The notes under the pieces are model-generated. The model was given only the letters and a program-made list of their open reading frames with translations. It was not told where the DNA came from and ran no database searches. A DNA stretch of 64,000 nucleotides from Octopus bimaculoides (Eukaryota): assembly GCF_001194135.2 (NCBI RefSeq), contig NC_068999.1:2090472-2154471 (forward strand). The letters run 5' to 3'. How positions within the stretch are numbered: the first letter of the stretch is position 1; each line of letters opens with the position of its first letter. The position numbers and the translations under genes are program-made. This document shows positions 35,731 to 50,573 of the stretch, one piece after another.

Positions 35731-35918
35731 GCCAAAGCTTGGTCTTGTGCTGCCAGTCCGGTGCTTCCAGTTTCTTTTCTTCAACCCCACCCCCACCCCC
35801 AATGCTTCAGCTGTAGCTACAAAGAAATATGAATAAAAATATACATGGACACATATTTTGAGCTTTATTTTTCCTGTTTGCGTCACCAGACCTATACACA
35901 CGCACACATATATGTATG

Positions 35919-35965
<47 letters not shown>

Positions 35966-36439
35966 NNNNNNNNNNNNNNNNNNNNNNNNNNNNNNNNNNN
36001 NNNNNNNNNNNNNNNNNNNNNNNNNNNNNNNNNNNNNNNNNNNNNNNNNNNNNNNNNNNNNNNNNNNNNNNNNNNNNNNNNNNNNNNNNNGGGGGGGGGA
36101 GATGTGAAGGTGTATTTTTGTAATTGATTTATATAACGAATTGCTACGTCGACTGATAGCCGATTCAGAATGAAGAGCTTAATGTGACAACTGCATGATT
36201 CTCTGAACCGACCAATACTACTACCACCACCGCCACCACAACTGTTGTTACTTTTTATTCTCGGATGTTTATCGTGATGTGATAGGTGTGACCTTGGTCA
36301 GCAAATCATTTGTTTGGGCTTTCGTAATTTGTATAATAATGGGGCGGGGTGTTGAGATTGGTCGAGGGTGTGTTATGGGGGTTTAGTGGGGAGATGAGTG
36401 GGGGAGGGGGTCATGTGCAGGTTAATTTATATTCATCAG

Positions 36440-36930
36440 CTTTTATAGCAATTATTGCACCACCACCAACAACAATAACAACAACTGTAGTGGCAGCAGA
36501 ACGCAGACCACTAACAACAACAACACCAGCAGCAGCAGCAACAACAACAACAACAACAAGGTAATGGGAAAAGCAGTCAGTGCCAGACCACTAAGCAGTA
36601 GTAGCAGTAGTAGCAGCAGCAGCAGCAGTAATTTCAAAGCTGGATCAAAAACAATAACAAAAAACAATGACAAAAAAATACAAAAGCAAAACAGCAACAG
36701 GAAAAACAACAAGTAAATTCGGGCAAAGAGCAGTGGGCAATGGCCCGCCATGAGCACCAAAAAGTACAAAAGCAACAACAACAGCAACAGCAACAACTAT
36801 TACGCAACAACAACAATGGCCAAAGTGAGAAGGTGTTTAAGTACCAACATCAACCACGATATATCAAAGTAGGTTAATAAAATCCATATTCATAATACAC
36901 CAGCCACTACTACTACCACTACTACTACTA

Positions 36931-36970
<40 letters not shown>

Positions 36971-36990
36971 CACTACTACTACTACTACTA
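36440..36990. repeat. Compound CAA/CAG/TAC trinucleotide low-complexity tract
   Basis: Directly visible. Confidence 0.9.
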
Positions 36991-37132
36991 TAATAAAGTT
37001 ATGCCACCTTTTAGTTTGCATCTATTTGTAATAAGCGTTTGCCCATTTTCTAGTTCCTCACACCTCTCTCTCTCTCTACTTCTCTGTCCTCTGATACACA
37101 CACACACACACACACACATATATATGCATATG

Positions 37133-37206
<74 letters not shown>

Positions 37207-39009
37207 GAGATTGAGAGAGAAAGAGAGAGAATGGACAGACAGATAAGGGTAGATAGATACATACATGCATATCTACAAATATATATATATACACGTGTGC
37301 ATATACATATATAAAAAGTGTATGTGTTTGTGTGTGTGTATAGGGAGACACACACACACACATTTCCGTCTTTACGCAAAAAGGTAAAACTCAATCATTC
37401 CAGGAATATAGCTACAAATCGATAGACTATAAATCGAACTACATAAACTATGTACCGAGGTCAATAAGTTGAACTGAATCTTGATTTATGAGTCAAGAAA
37501 TACATTTTTAAATAATCAGGGCGAATTCATGCGTTGTTGCCTGTCTCTTTGTGTTTGTGTGTGTATTTTTATATTATATTATATTTATATATACACACAT
37601 ACATATATACATACATACACGCACACACACATATAAATATATATCTTCTTTAAGTTCGTTTATGCGAAACGTTTTTGAGTGCGCACATAAAAAGCTCCTC
37701 TGCTATTTATTCCGCGTATTGTTATCCTCCTCCAGAATAATTTTATGAGATGTTTATTAGTCTGGTACCGCTGTAGCGTAGCATGAATACAGTAATAGCA
37801 AGAACTTTTGGATGGAAATTCATAAATTCTTTAATGCATTGCTACGTACGTTTCCACAAACCACATGTTTTTTGTTGCTGGATTCGCCATCCATAAGATC
37901 TTGCAAATGTAATTTGCAAGATCCATAGATTTTAAGAGGAAACATTAATACACGTGTTCGTTTCTTCAGGCAAAAAATTATATATACATACATACGCGTG
38001 TGTGTGTGTGTGTGTGTGTGTTGATTGCTAGTAGGAACACCGTACTTCGTAACGCAACTATAATATGCTACCAAGTATATTAAAGGCCTTATATGTCAAT
38101 ACTGTGTCCTACCTGTGTTAGAAGTTCTATTAAATCACTTTTAAAAGTTATTTCTACAGATTTTCTAAAGCAATTAGATCCAGTACTGAAAGTTAAAACA
38201 CTTCGTATAGGAATACGTCTATGTAGACAATACAATCAAAAGATAGAGAAAATAAGCAATGGGTGTATATGCATGTTTCAGGAGTGCTTGCTTCTTCTTC
38301 AGCACCACATCCAATCCATTAACCATCCACGAACGCATTGCTTAAATCGCACTGCTAACACAGGTTGAGTATTGACTTTTCAACTTTTGATATACTTGGT
38401 AGTACATTACGGTCGATAAACGAAATATGGTGTCCCTTCCAGCAATTAATACGTGCGAACCAGTTGCCAGGAATGTTTTAAATAAATAAAATCGGTCTAT
38501 CCAACTGTGTTACACCATTAAGTTCAGTGTTTTCCTATCGTTTCGCCTGAAGATTGCAGTAGTGTGAAAATCGTGTGTGTGTGCGTGTGTGCGTGCTTGT
38601 GTGTGATTNNNNNNNNNNNNNNNNNNNNNNNNNNNNNNNNNNNNNNNNNNNNNNNNNNNNNNNNNNNNNNNNNNNNNNNNNNNNNNNNNNNNNNNNNNNN
38701 NNNNNNNNNNNNNNNNNNNNNNNNNNNNNNNNNNNNNNNNNNNNNNNNNNNNNNNNNNNNNNNNNNNNNNNNNNNNNNNNNNNNNNNNNNNNNNNNNNNN
38801 NNNNNNNNNNNNNNNNNNNNNNNNNNNNNNNNNNNNNNNNNNNNNNNNNNNNNNNNNNNNNNNNNNNNNNNNNNNNNNNNNNNNNNNNNNNNNNNNNNNN
38901 NNNNNNNNNNNNNNNNNNNNNNNNNNNNNNNNNNNNNNNNNNNNNNNNNNNNNNNNNNNNNNNNNNNNNNNNNNNNNNNNNNNNNNNNNNNNNNNNNNNN
39001 NNNNNNNNA

Positions 39010-39230
39010 GGAGGAGGAGGAGGAGGAGGAGGAGAAGCAGGATGATGATGATGATGATGATGACGACGACGACGAGGATGATGGAAGTGGTAGAGATGGT
39101 GGTGGTGCTGCTGATGATGATGATGATGGTGATGATGACGGTGGTGGTGGTGGTGGTGGTAGTGATGATGAAGATAATGGTGACGGTGATGATGATGATG
39201 ATAGTGATGATGTCAATGACGATGATAACG
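39010..39230. repeat. GGA/GAT/GGT trinucleotide low-complexity tract
   Basis: Directly visible; it abuts an N gap. Confidence 0.9.
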
Positions 39231-40052
39231 ACGTTAGCCCTTGGTCACAAAGCAGGCCTATTCGTTCAACCCATGGAATCGAGACACTGAAGACCGTGGA
39301 AGATCTTGTGGGGCCGCGGTGAGAATGGATATATTGGGTGTGGAATGTAAACCCACACGGAGTTGAAATATTGAGGACACGATGTGGAGAACTGCAACAG
39401 ATACCCAAGTATATGACTGGTATCCATTTCGTCGTCCCTTCCTGGAGAGATAAATGACAAAGGATAATCCGACAAGAGTTTATGAAAAGCAGTAATACGA
39501 TTCGATCAGTTAAATCGATATCTATTTATCTTCGCCTGTCTATCGATTGGAACATAAAAGGGTCTTTTGTCGTCTGAGGCCAGACGTGAGAAATATGGTT
39601 GGTGATTTCAATAGAGTAAAGACGAGAGAGAGAGAGAGACAGAGTGCGAGAGAGAGAGGGAGAGATCGAGTGAGAGAGAAGGAGAGAGAGAGACATATAT
39701 ATATATATATATANNNNNNNNNNNNNNNNNNNNNNNNNNNNNNNNNNNNNNNNNNNNNNNNNNNNNNNNNNNNNNNNNNNNNNNNNNNNNNNNNNNNNNN
39801 NNNNNNNNNNNNNNNNNNNNNNNNNNNNNNNNNNNNNNNNNNNNNNNNNNNNNNNNNNNNATTTAAGAAGTCAACTCCACATGGCAAAACAAGCAAAGTT
39901 ACCTTCTCAAATACGATCAATATAGCAAACTAGAATAAATTGTGTGGGTGCGCGCGCGAGTGTTACTTGGTTTGTTATTTTGTGTGGAAAGAACTCTTCC
40001 GGTTTTAAGTATTTATAGTATAGTTGATATTAGTGTTTGCAGCAGAGGCGAC

Positions 40053-40265
40053 GACGAGCTGATAGAATCGTTAACATGCCGGATGAAATGCTTAAAGGCA
40101 TTTCGTCCGTCTTCACGTTCTCAGTTCAAATTCCGCCGAGGTTAACTTTGCCTTTCATCCTTTCAGGGTCGATAAAATGAGAATACCAGTTGAGTACTGG
40201 GGTCGACTACCCCCACCACCACCACCACCGAAATTGTTGGCCTTGAGCCGAAATCTGCAACCAAT
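40053..40265 (+). mobile_element. tRNA-derived SINE (second octopus-type family)
   Basis: gagctgatagaatcgtt...agttcaaattccgccgaggttaactttgcctttcatcctttcagggtcgataaa...accagttgagtactgggg. Confidence 0.8.
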
Positions 40266-41024
40266 AGTAGTAATGGTGGTGGTGGTGGCGGCGGCGGTGG
40301 CGTTGAAAGTGTTTGTGAGATAATAGTTAAGGTGTGAGGAGGGGGTGATGGTGATCGAAGTAGTATTGTGTTTGTTGTTAACGTGGTATACTACGAGGGT
40401 GATGGTTGTGGTGCTTGTGACAGTGATGATGATGATGATGATGATGATGGTAGCGTTGCTGTTTCCGTTGTGGTGGTTGTGTCATGACTATGCAATATTA
40501 CTTGACATCGTCTACCTTGTACAACACTATCGAATGTGTTTTCTTTTAAAGGCGATATTTTTAAGTGTTTAAACTTGAGGCTAGATTTAGCTACTACTTT
40601 TAGCGGATTAAACAACCACCTAGAGGTGCCCTTGTTAGCTCGTTCGTTGATTGGTTACTTCCTGTGTTGAGTTGTAGACATCAGAAGGATGTTAATGGTG
40701 GCACTTCCAGTTTCATCTTTGATGTATTTTATTGTAATCTGGGGACGAGAGTTTAGCCGAGGTTTTTAATGTGTGATGTTGTGTGCTCGTATTGAGTGTG
40801 TGCGTGTGTACATACTGCATCTGTCTGTGGGAGTATATGTATGTTTGTGTCTGTCTGTCTATGTACGTGCGTGCGTGTTTGTGTCTGCGTTTCTTTGTGT
40901 ACGTAAGTGTCAGTGTGTGTGTGTGTGTATCTGTATGCATGTTTTGCGTGTGTATGTGTTTTCCTTGCAGAGATACCAATTTTCGTTTCCAGGTTCATTA
41001 GTTACTCTCTTATATTTTACCATT

Positions 41025-41115
41025 TGCTTGTTTCGGGCATTAGGACTGCGGCCATACTGGGGCACCACCTCCAAGAACTTTTTAGTCGAGTGAATCGGCC
41101 CCTGTACTTATTTTC
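41025..41115 (-). mobile_element. SINE 3' fragment
   Basis: ttgcttgtttcgggcattaggactgcggccatactggggcacc...ttagtcgag. Confidence 0.7.
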
Positions 41116-41959
41116 GTTTTGAAGCCTGTTATTTATTCCATCGGTCTCAACTGATGAAGGGTCATTCTCTGTGTTAACTTGTCCTGTTTTCCTTTTTTTT
41201 TTTTCGTTGTTTACGTATTTCATGTTATTTATACCGTCGGTGACGTCTTTTACACATATATGCATATATATATGTGTGTGTGTGTATACACACATATATA
41301 TATGCATACATATATAAGGAAATTAAGTCAAGGTATACACATATATACACACATATATATACACACATATATATATATACACATATATATAAGGAAAATA
41401 TATATACACACATATATAAGGAAAATAAATCAAGGTAGAAAATGCTAAAATAATTTTATCATAAAAAACATTTCAGTACCAGAATAATTTATTAAGTGCA
41501 GCGCTTCCAGTTAACCATTTTTTCTTTTCATTCAAATTAACCTGAAATTGTCTCGTGAATTTCTTGTAGCTTTGCAAATTAGGTAAATTCGGTGTTGGTC
41601 TCCCACCGTTTATAATTACAGGTTGACCACCGCCGGATCGTCTTTAATCATTGGACCGTTCCGGGAAGGCTAACAATAAGGATAACAACAACATCAGCAA
41701 CAACAACAACCATAACAAGTGATGCGAGACACAGCATCGATAACTTTTAGTGAAACGACCATGTCTACGTCCGCTGTAATACGACGAAGTGTGCTTCGGC
41801 TTTGTATCCTTCTGCCACACTCAAGGATCGCTAACATCATTTGGCCATTGATAACTGGATCGATTACTAAGACGGACGCAGGTTTGAACCTGTCAAAGTC
41901 GATATAGGCCAGCTAGAGGGTCAATACATTGATCAACACCTTTATACATTCTCACACAC

Positions 41960-41990
<31 letters not shown>

Positions 41991-42084
41991 CATGCATGCA
42001 TGCATGCATACATACATACATACAGATACACTTATGCCTGTATGTGTAAATATGTATGTGTATTGATCTATTTATGTATGTATA

Positions 42085-42122
<38 letters not shown>

Positions 42123-42326
42123 NNNNNNNNNNNNNNNNNNNNNNNNNNNNNNNNNNNNNNNNNNNNNNNNNNNNNNNNNNNNNNNNNNNNNNNNNNNNNN
42201 NNNNNNNNNNNNNNNNNNNNNNNNNNNNNNNNNNNNNNNNNNNNNNNNNNNNNNNNNNNNNNNNNNNNNNNNNNTATATGCTACACACACGCATGTATAG
42301 ATAGATAAATAGATAGGTGGGTAGAT

Positions 42327-42439
<113 letters not shown>

Positions 42440-43301
42440 TAGATTTATATGATTGACATCACGTTGTTTGGACGGAATGATGCACCAGTATATTTAATCA
42501 AGAGAAAAATTTTGCTCAGACCTAATCTAATTAATATAGTGATGCAATAACATTTAATAATGAGGAAAATCATTAAATTCACGATTAGATTTGATCAAAT
42601 ATGGCAGCGATGGCAATTTCTGCAACGAAATCAGTAAAAACTAATTAGATACATATTGCAGCGGGAGTTGATTTTATCTTTGGCAGAACAGGGAAAACTC
42701 TGGCCATGTTTCCGCTTTATTAAACTTCATCATCTAGATATAGTCTTATCAGTACTAATAGACCTAAGACGACCAGGGTATATATAGAGACGGTATTGGT
42801 GAAAGTATCTGTAGTATGATAGACTAGATTAACCGTTGTGGAGAGATACCCAGGGCTACCAGCTGCATAGAGAAGAAATAGTGAAGTCAGTGTTAATACA
42901 TTTAATGCAATGTAAGGCAGCTGATGATATTTTCTTCTCTAATTTAATTAAAGTATAATTTCTTGGTTCGCCATATTAAAGATATGGAAACCAACTTTTC
43001 TATCAATTTGTTGATTTTGACCTTTGGTTTTGTGTTTTAATATGGATTGTTTTTTTCGAATATTTTTGTACCAATCGTTCTAGCTAATTATTAATAAATG
43101 ACCGAGTATTCCACAGACGTACGTCTATATACATATAGAATAATTAGGAAAGGTATATGAAAAAGGATATCCTTTAATACAACGCAACTCATTCACGCTC
43201 TTAGGAGCAATAAGGATACAGGCAAGAATAGAAAACAAATTTCAAAGGTCAAATCCCTTTATCAAAACATAGGGATTTGACCTTTGAAATTTGTTTTCCA
43301 T

Positions 43302-43363
<62 letters not shown>

Positions 43364-44039
43364 ATATATACGCGCGCGCGAGTGTGTGTGTACTCACATA
43401 CACATTCACTGGTGAGTGAATATAAGTTGTCTGAAATAAATAAATGCTCTGCTGACCCCATATTCCCTGCATTAAAAATGCCCCAATATAAAGGAGAGAG
43501 AGTGAGCTTTGTAAGGGACTAAAAACCTTAACAAAGCCGGAGTATTTTCTAACCTTAAAGAGAAAACAGTTTTAATGACGCCGCAGCAACCACAGGAGCG
43601 ACAGCAGCAGTGCGTGTAGCTGTCGTATGCTTTTATTTTCAGTGAAAAACCCATTTTTAAGTTTGATTTTATTATTCATCTTTCCATGGTTGATAAAGAA
43701 AAATAATAGAGAAGTATCATTCGTCTTCTACCACCGTAATATTGCCTCTCTATGACTTCGTTTTTCTCTCAGATTTTTCTTGAAGAACCACTGTCTGAAA
43801 TGTTGAACATCCTTTCAGCTTTAAAATAAATACCACGTACTCTAAAGTAATAGTGAAGTAGCTTTATCGATTTTTATCAATTACTCGACCTCTTACAAGA
43901 CAAGGGTTTTATGTCAGTGTTAGAAATCAATATTCTGGATGTCATGAAAGTCGGTAGATGTCAGCATCAGCTACAGACAATAAAGTTGAATTCTACATCC
44001 ACCAAGAAAGGAATTTGAAGATGTTTTACCGAAAGATGG

Positions 44040-44330
44040 CAGGCGATCAAACCATTGGATGGGGCCAGGGTTATGGAAGTGTAGTGACGGAAGTATGTTA
44101 CTGAACGTAGAGGAGGTTGAGGGATTATTCGGGACCTATAAGTTACATACAAACTCATTGGTCTATATCTCAATATGGTCTCAAGATCACAGTCAGAGAA
44201 TTGGGAGAAAGACATCGATCCAGGGCAGAGTATGGAGTCAGTGAAAGTTTTAAAGGGTGATATGCTCGGCAGAATTTCAATGACTCCCGAACACCCTATG
44301 GTCATTCCGAAAGAATATTTAACGAATGGC
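44040..44330 (+). mobile_element. Possible L1/Tx1 LINE ORF2 remnant
   Basis: GPGLWKCSDGSMLLN resembles the GPGxWKLNxSLL motif that follows the L1/Tx1 endonuclease. Confidence 0.35.
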
Positions 44331-44399
44331 TCACTACTAGAAATGGTCGGGTTAGGGTTAGGGTAGAGTAGGGAGCCCAAGTTACAAGTGTACTAAGAG

Positions 44400-45130
44400 A
44401 AATCACCCCAGGGATTTTGTCTGTGGTAGGGATACGCAAATAAAGTGAAAGGTAAGGTCATAAATGGGAGCATGCACGGTTGCAGCCCGTCGCTGCTTCC
44501 ACCATTTGTGAGCATCTACTCGGTTTACCCCAGGCAACCCCGCAAGCAGAGTTCCAGTCAGTCCTCCGCTACTCGGAGATGGTATGAGGCCATCCAACAC
44601 GAGCCGTCAGCCCAGCCGGATCCTCAAAAAAGAGGACACGGTACACAGGATCCAACTCTGAAAATCCAGCAACATGGGGAAACCGTCGAAGCTGATCCCG
44701 AATCACACAAGTCCCAGTTTCTGGGTAGAATCGTTGGTTGGATAGGATATGCAATTAACGGTAACCTGTAATCCTGTGGAGCGTCCTGGTACCAAAAGGA
44801 GTTCAGACAGCTCTTAAGGGTCTCGGTCAGAGTCCAAGCCTCACAACTATAGAGCAGGACAGGGAGGACAAGAAACCTAAAGACCCGAGCCTTTGTCCTC
44901 CTGCACAGACATCGGCAGCGCCAAACATCCTTGTCCATCGAAGCTACAACAGTACCAGTTCATCCAAGCTTTTTAAAGACTTCGGACTTGCAGCTAATGC
45001 CACTGTGAACGTCACTGTGCCTTGACCCAAGAAACTCTAAGGCCAAGCCGTTCCGCTTCCTCATTTAGTGAAAGGAGAACACGCCTTAACATATCCAGGG
45101 ACTCAGTAAGAATAACTGCATCAACAACAA
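44400..45130 (-). mobile_element. RTE-clade LINE reverse transcriptase C-terminal fragment
   Basis: MDKDVWRCRCLCRRTKARVFRFLVLPVLLYSCEAWTLTETLKSCLNSF, followed by frameshifted QLRRFPHVA and RPGRP-like segments. Confidence 0.78.
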
Positions 45131-45894
45131 AATCCAGGAGTTATGGAAAAGGAGAGGGAAATTTATTTTTTAATCGTCGACAACATCAACAGCGGCGGCA
45201 GCAGCAGCAGTAACAATGTGATCTTGGGTTTGCGGCACAGAGAAAAAAGATGGGATGGTCACGGATGGAGCTAAATTACAACGACTATGAAATAATTCAC
45301 ACTCGACATTATAGTCAAAATCTGTAAACGAAACAAAAAAAAAACGGGATGGTCACAGCTGGATTGGCTGTATCAGCGCTGACCTAAGACTGAACACCAA
45401 AAGCTAATAAAAGTCACCAATAATGTCGGTTAATTTATCTTGTTAAACATTTCAGTTTATTTGAGGTTCTTCGAAATGTAAAGACTTCCTTGTTCACTGT
45501 ACCGTGGGGATTCCAGAAACAATCATGGCATCTGTCGTCGCCATAATGGAACCTTTCCAAAGGGATTGTAGAATTACCTGCAACATGCCTAACAATATAT
45601 TTATGGATACGTGTTTGCGGTATTACGTAAATACGCACAAATACTCATGCGTCTCTCTCGCCTGAGCAAACTCAGAGTTCCTGAAAAATCTTGCCGTAAC
45701 GTAAAACCTGTTTTCCGTGAAGCGCCATGTTCAGTGGTCCTTGGATCTCACGCTACAGAAATTGTTTTACGGAATTTTCCCGTAACACGAATGTGGATAT
45801 ATATGTGTGTGGCTATGTATGTGTATGCGTGTGTGCATGTATGTGTGTGTATATGTGTTTGTGAGTGCCTGCATGCCTATGTGTGTGTGCGTGC

Positions 45895-45925
<31 letters not shown>

Positions 45926-45999
45926 CGTGCGTGTTTATTGGTAAAAAATGGTTCAAAGTTTTTTTAAGAATGTAGTATTGAGGAATGAAATGACGACAA

Positions 46000-46306
46000 A
46001 GTGGAGCAAAGATATAGCAAGAGATCCAGTTAAGATGGCGGTTCTATGAGTTGTGAAGCAAGGTTCGGGTAAGAAACTTGAAGAACTGTCTGGGTAAACA
46101 TCCAGAGGTGATGTCAGGTAAACTGTGCTTCTGGTCAGAGCCCGTATTTTGCGTAAAATACTATCATCTACAAAGTAAAGAAAAAGAAGAGGCATAAAAG
46201 CCACATCTATTACACTTGAGAGCTGCAGGAAGGTTCGGACAGAATACATGTACCCTTAAATAGCATAATAATAGTGATGATAATAATAATAATAATAATA
46301 ATAATG

Positions 46307-46360
<54 letters not shown>

Positions 46361-46460
46361 GGGGGTTAAGCAGTTGTGGTCGCTGAAAAAGGTAGTAGTA
46401 GTACTATTAATTGTCGGAGCCCTGGGAACAGTGAGTAAAAATCATGAGAAGTACATGGAA
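46000..46460 (+). mobile_element. Two Dong/R4-type LINE C-terminal remnants separated by (AAT)n at ~46260-46340
   Basis: KKLEELSG...TVLLVRARILRKILS before the microsatellite and LWSLKKVVVVLLIVGALGTVSKNHEKY after it. Confidence 0.5.
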
Positions 46461-46504
46461 TTTAACGTTTCGAACCGACACTCTTCACACACACATACAT
46501 ATAT

Positions 46505-46535
<31 letters not shown>

Positions 46536-46552
46536 TGTATATATATATATGT

Positions 46553-46852
<300 letters not shown>

Positions 46853-47509
46853 ACGAGATAAAACGAGACGGCAAAAGCGTTCCGAGGGTATTTAATGATC
46901 AGTTTCTATTGTCATCGCCTGGCGTTATTCTGCATCAATATTAAGGAGCAATGTGACAGAAGTGAGGGATCTCAACACACACACAAATACATACATACAT
47001 ACATACATACATACATACATACATACATACATACATACATACATGCATGCATGCATATGGAAGTGTTGGTACTCGTCTCAATTTTCTTATCCCAAATGGA
47101 GACGAGTACCAATATTTCCAGATTGCACGCTTAAAAAATTGTGAAGATCTTTTCACATGAAACCATTGGTTACACATGTGTGTGTGTGTGGCGGGGATGG
47201 AGTTTGAATAACTGAGAAATCTCACAAATATAAAGCAAAATAAAATCCAAACACCTTACAGACGTGTGCCTATCAGCACTGGGACAAGACAAGAGTCCTG
47301 TTTCTGCCAACAGCATGTACGAATAATTTCATCAACTAGCTTTTTAAAAGAATGAAGCGGTGAGATAGCGGTTGACTGTTTAAGTAGACAACACGGATTG
47401 TAATGGGTGGCCCGCATGAATGATACGATATTACTTAAACGCATAGGGCATGTGTGTATGTGGCTATTTACGAATCTATCTACCTATCTTCTAACTGCAT
47501 ATATATATA

Positions 47510-47566
<57 letters not shown>

Positions 47567-47769
47567 GCATATATATATGTATGCATATATGGTTGTATAT
47601 ATAAGTACGTATGCATACATATATATATAAATGTAAACAAATATTTGTTCTTTTATTAAAAGCGTCGAAAATGTGTATTCTACAATACAAATAAGAAATA
47701 GTTTTGCTGTTCTGGCGGCAACTCTGCGTTCGAAAGAAATTTCATCCCACTTGTATCGTAGAATATATA

Positions 47770-47838
<69 letters not shown>

Positions 47839-48417
47839 ACACACACACACGTATACACACCTATAGTTCGTGTTACGCTAAGAAGCGGTGCACAGTTCCA
47901 GAATTTTCGACTCGAGTCAAATATGACAAACTACTCCAAATCAGCAAACGCTTTAACTGAGGAAGGTTTACGTAATGGATACATTTTCTTTTACATTTTA
48001 CGCAAATCTGAAATGTACGTACTAAATGATTTCAAAATACTCGTATTTGGTTCGACTAATCTATATTATATAATATATGAACTATTCGAATGTTGCACAC
48101 GCACGCAGAACTAGATACACAGGCAGCAAAACTGGAGACACACACACATATATACACACATAAACAGAGAGAAACAGAAAGAGAAGAGAAGAAACAGAGA
48201 AAGCACTTGAAAGATCCAGGATACTCGCTTTATTTCAATGACGTGATCGTCTGGTTGATCCGTTGGCCAGTTAGAATGCTCGGTTCCGTCGTCTTGAGGT
48301 TGAACAGGTCAGAAGTCAGGAGTATCATGAAAGGTCAACTGCTTTAGCGCACCTGCAAAGAGAGGTCTATACCGTTGACAAGCGATCTTTCTGCAACAAC
48401 GTTTCATATATTCTTTT

Positions 48418-48540
48418 TACTCTTTTAATGTTATTGCTGGTTTCAGTCATAAGGACTGTGGCCAGACTGCAGCACCGCATTTAAGGGTTTTGTTTATAGC
48501 TTAAGACCATCATATCGACTCCAGCATTTATCTTATCGAT
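48418..48540 (-). mobile_element. SINE 3' fragment
   Basis: tggtttcagtcataaggactgtggccagactgcagcaccgc. Confidence 0.6.
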
Positions 48541-49161
48541 CAGTGCTTATTGCCAGGAAATTGTCTTTCTGACATAAAGAGGCACCACACGGCATTATAT
48601 CGGTAAACAGATACAGAAATATATGCACCTCACCACATGTATACACGCCCGCACACACACACACACACACGCACACACAGACATCTACATTTCCCAATGT
48701 GTCTTTCATTATCAAGGTGGCAAAATGTGGGTTGAAGGAAATTTGGTTGCTATTTTTAGTAGGTCGAGTGACGATATTAAGTGACCCTCGCTGGTTCGTC
48801 ACCAGTATCATTTATGAAATGGCGTAGTTCTGGATTTGCGGGACAGGAGTAGGTAGTGGGAGGAGCGCATGTTTGACGTGTGTTTCTGTTCGTTTGTAAG
48901 TATTGAACTCAGTTTCTTCTGGTGACCTGGGTCATTATTGAACCTCTGTTTCTCTCTTTCTCTCTCTCTCTCCTTTTTCTCTCTGCTTCTCCTCTTCTTC
49001 AACACACACATGCACACATACACACCGCTGCCCTATCTCATCCAGTTCTATATACACCTTACTAAAGTAAATCTGATGTGGAATGTCTTATAATTATTCA
49101 GCCAACAGCTGGACACAACGTAAACAAAATACTGTACATTTATATATGTATATATATATTC

Positions 49162-49284
<123 letters not shown>

Positions 49285-50434
49285 CAGGCAGGTAAGCAGA
49301 TAGGCAGACAGGCAGATACATACATACATGCATACATACATGTATACAAACATACATACATAAAATAAATATTAAATCTATATTTAGATGTATGTATCTG
49401 AAAAATCAAACTGGCACATGAAAAAGATTAACGGGATAACTAACATGTAAATCCTCTCGTCAGCCATGGAGACCAGACTAAAGGCACAGTTTCGACGCTT
49501 TTAAAGTCCATTTCTACGGACACCCAACTATTAAGCTTCTGAATATATTTCAAAAAACTGTTTCAATTATGACAATAAATGATAGCTCTGAACGATTACT
49601 TAAAGTAGAATTCTGATAAAACCATATATATTACTCTTCTCTAACATGCAAAGGTCACAGCTATCGTTATCCTAGTTGTAAGATTTGGCAGGTTTCAATA
49701 TCTTCCGAATAAGTGTTTTTTTTATATATATATATTATTTCTTAAAGATCAGATGCACTACGGCAGACATGTGTCTAAAGATCTTTCTGACTTTCTGAAT
49801 GCCGATAATGATTCGATCATTATTTGAAAAGATTTTCCAGTCAAGCACACTCTTTTAAACAAAATTATTAGCTACAAATATCAGGTGGAATGCCTGACCT
49901 AGAGCTGTGCTATGTGAACAAAAAATACAGAATAAACAGAAAAAAAACTAATGTCTAAGCCACACTGTAAATTTTAAACTTACATAGGAAATGTAAAAAA
50001 AAGAATGTAATGACCAATGAGCTTGCAAAATTCTGCAGAGTCTATGCTGAATATCGTCACATCAAAAGAATTAGCATCTTTCTTATTTACTTTTAATGAT
50101 GATCGAAAGAAATCAATGACATTATTGCATGCGTGTTTCTTTTGAAATGAGATTCGATTGAAATGTAATTTTTAACGAAAACTAATTCGTTTTTTGGAGC
50201 CAAAAATTGATTATCATAAGATAAAACTCTGATATCAGGCTGAGTAAACTGACGTAGATGCTTTGTTGCAATTAGTGTTGCACTAATTATTAATACTGTT
50301 ATTTCATTAACTTAAATCTGTTCGCTTAATTGTAACAATAGTAATGTCTTCGATATTTTGACTCACAATAATTAATACTCTTTTTTTTAACGTACGTTTC
50401 GGATTCAATGTTTTCGAGGTTTAAATCCGGAATT

Positions 50435-50527
50435 TACTTTTTACTTGCTTCAGTCATTAGACTGCGGCCATGCTGGGGCACTGCCTTGAAGAACTTTAGT
50501 CGAACGAATCGACCCCAGTACCTATTT
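50435..50527 (-). mobile_element. SINE 3' fragment
   Basis: tttacttgcttcagtcattagactgcggccatgctggggcactgcc...tagtcgaacgaatcgaccccagtac. Confidence 0.75.
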
Positions 50528-50537
50528 ATTTAATATA

Positions 50538-50573
<36 letters not shown>

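Noticed and set aside
38564-39322. Asp/Gly/Glu-rich ORF resembling an acidic protein
   Set aside because: It is a trinucleotide repeat tract next to a gap, with no splice or domain evidence.
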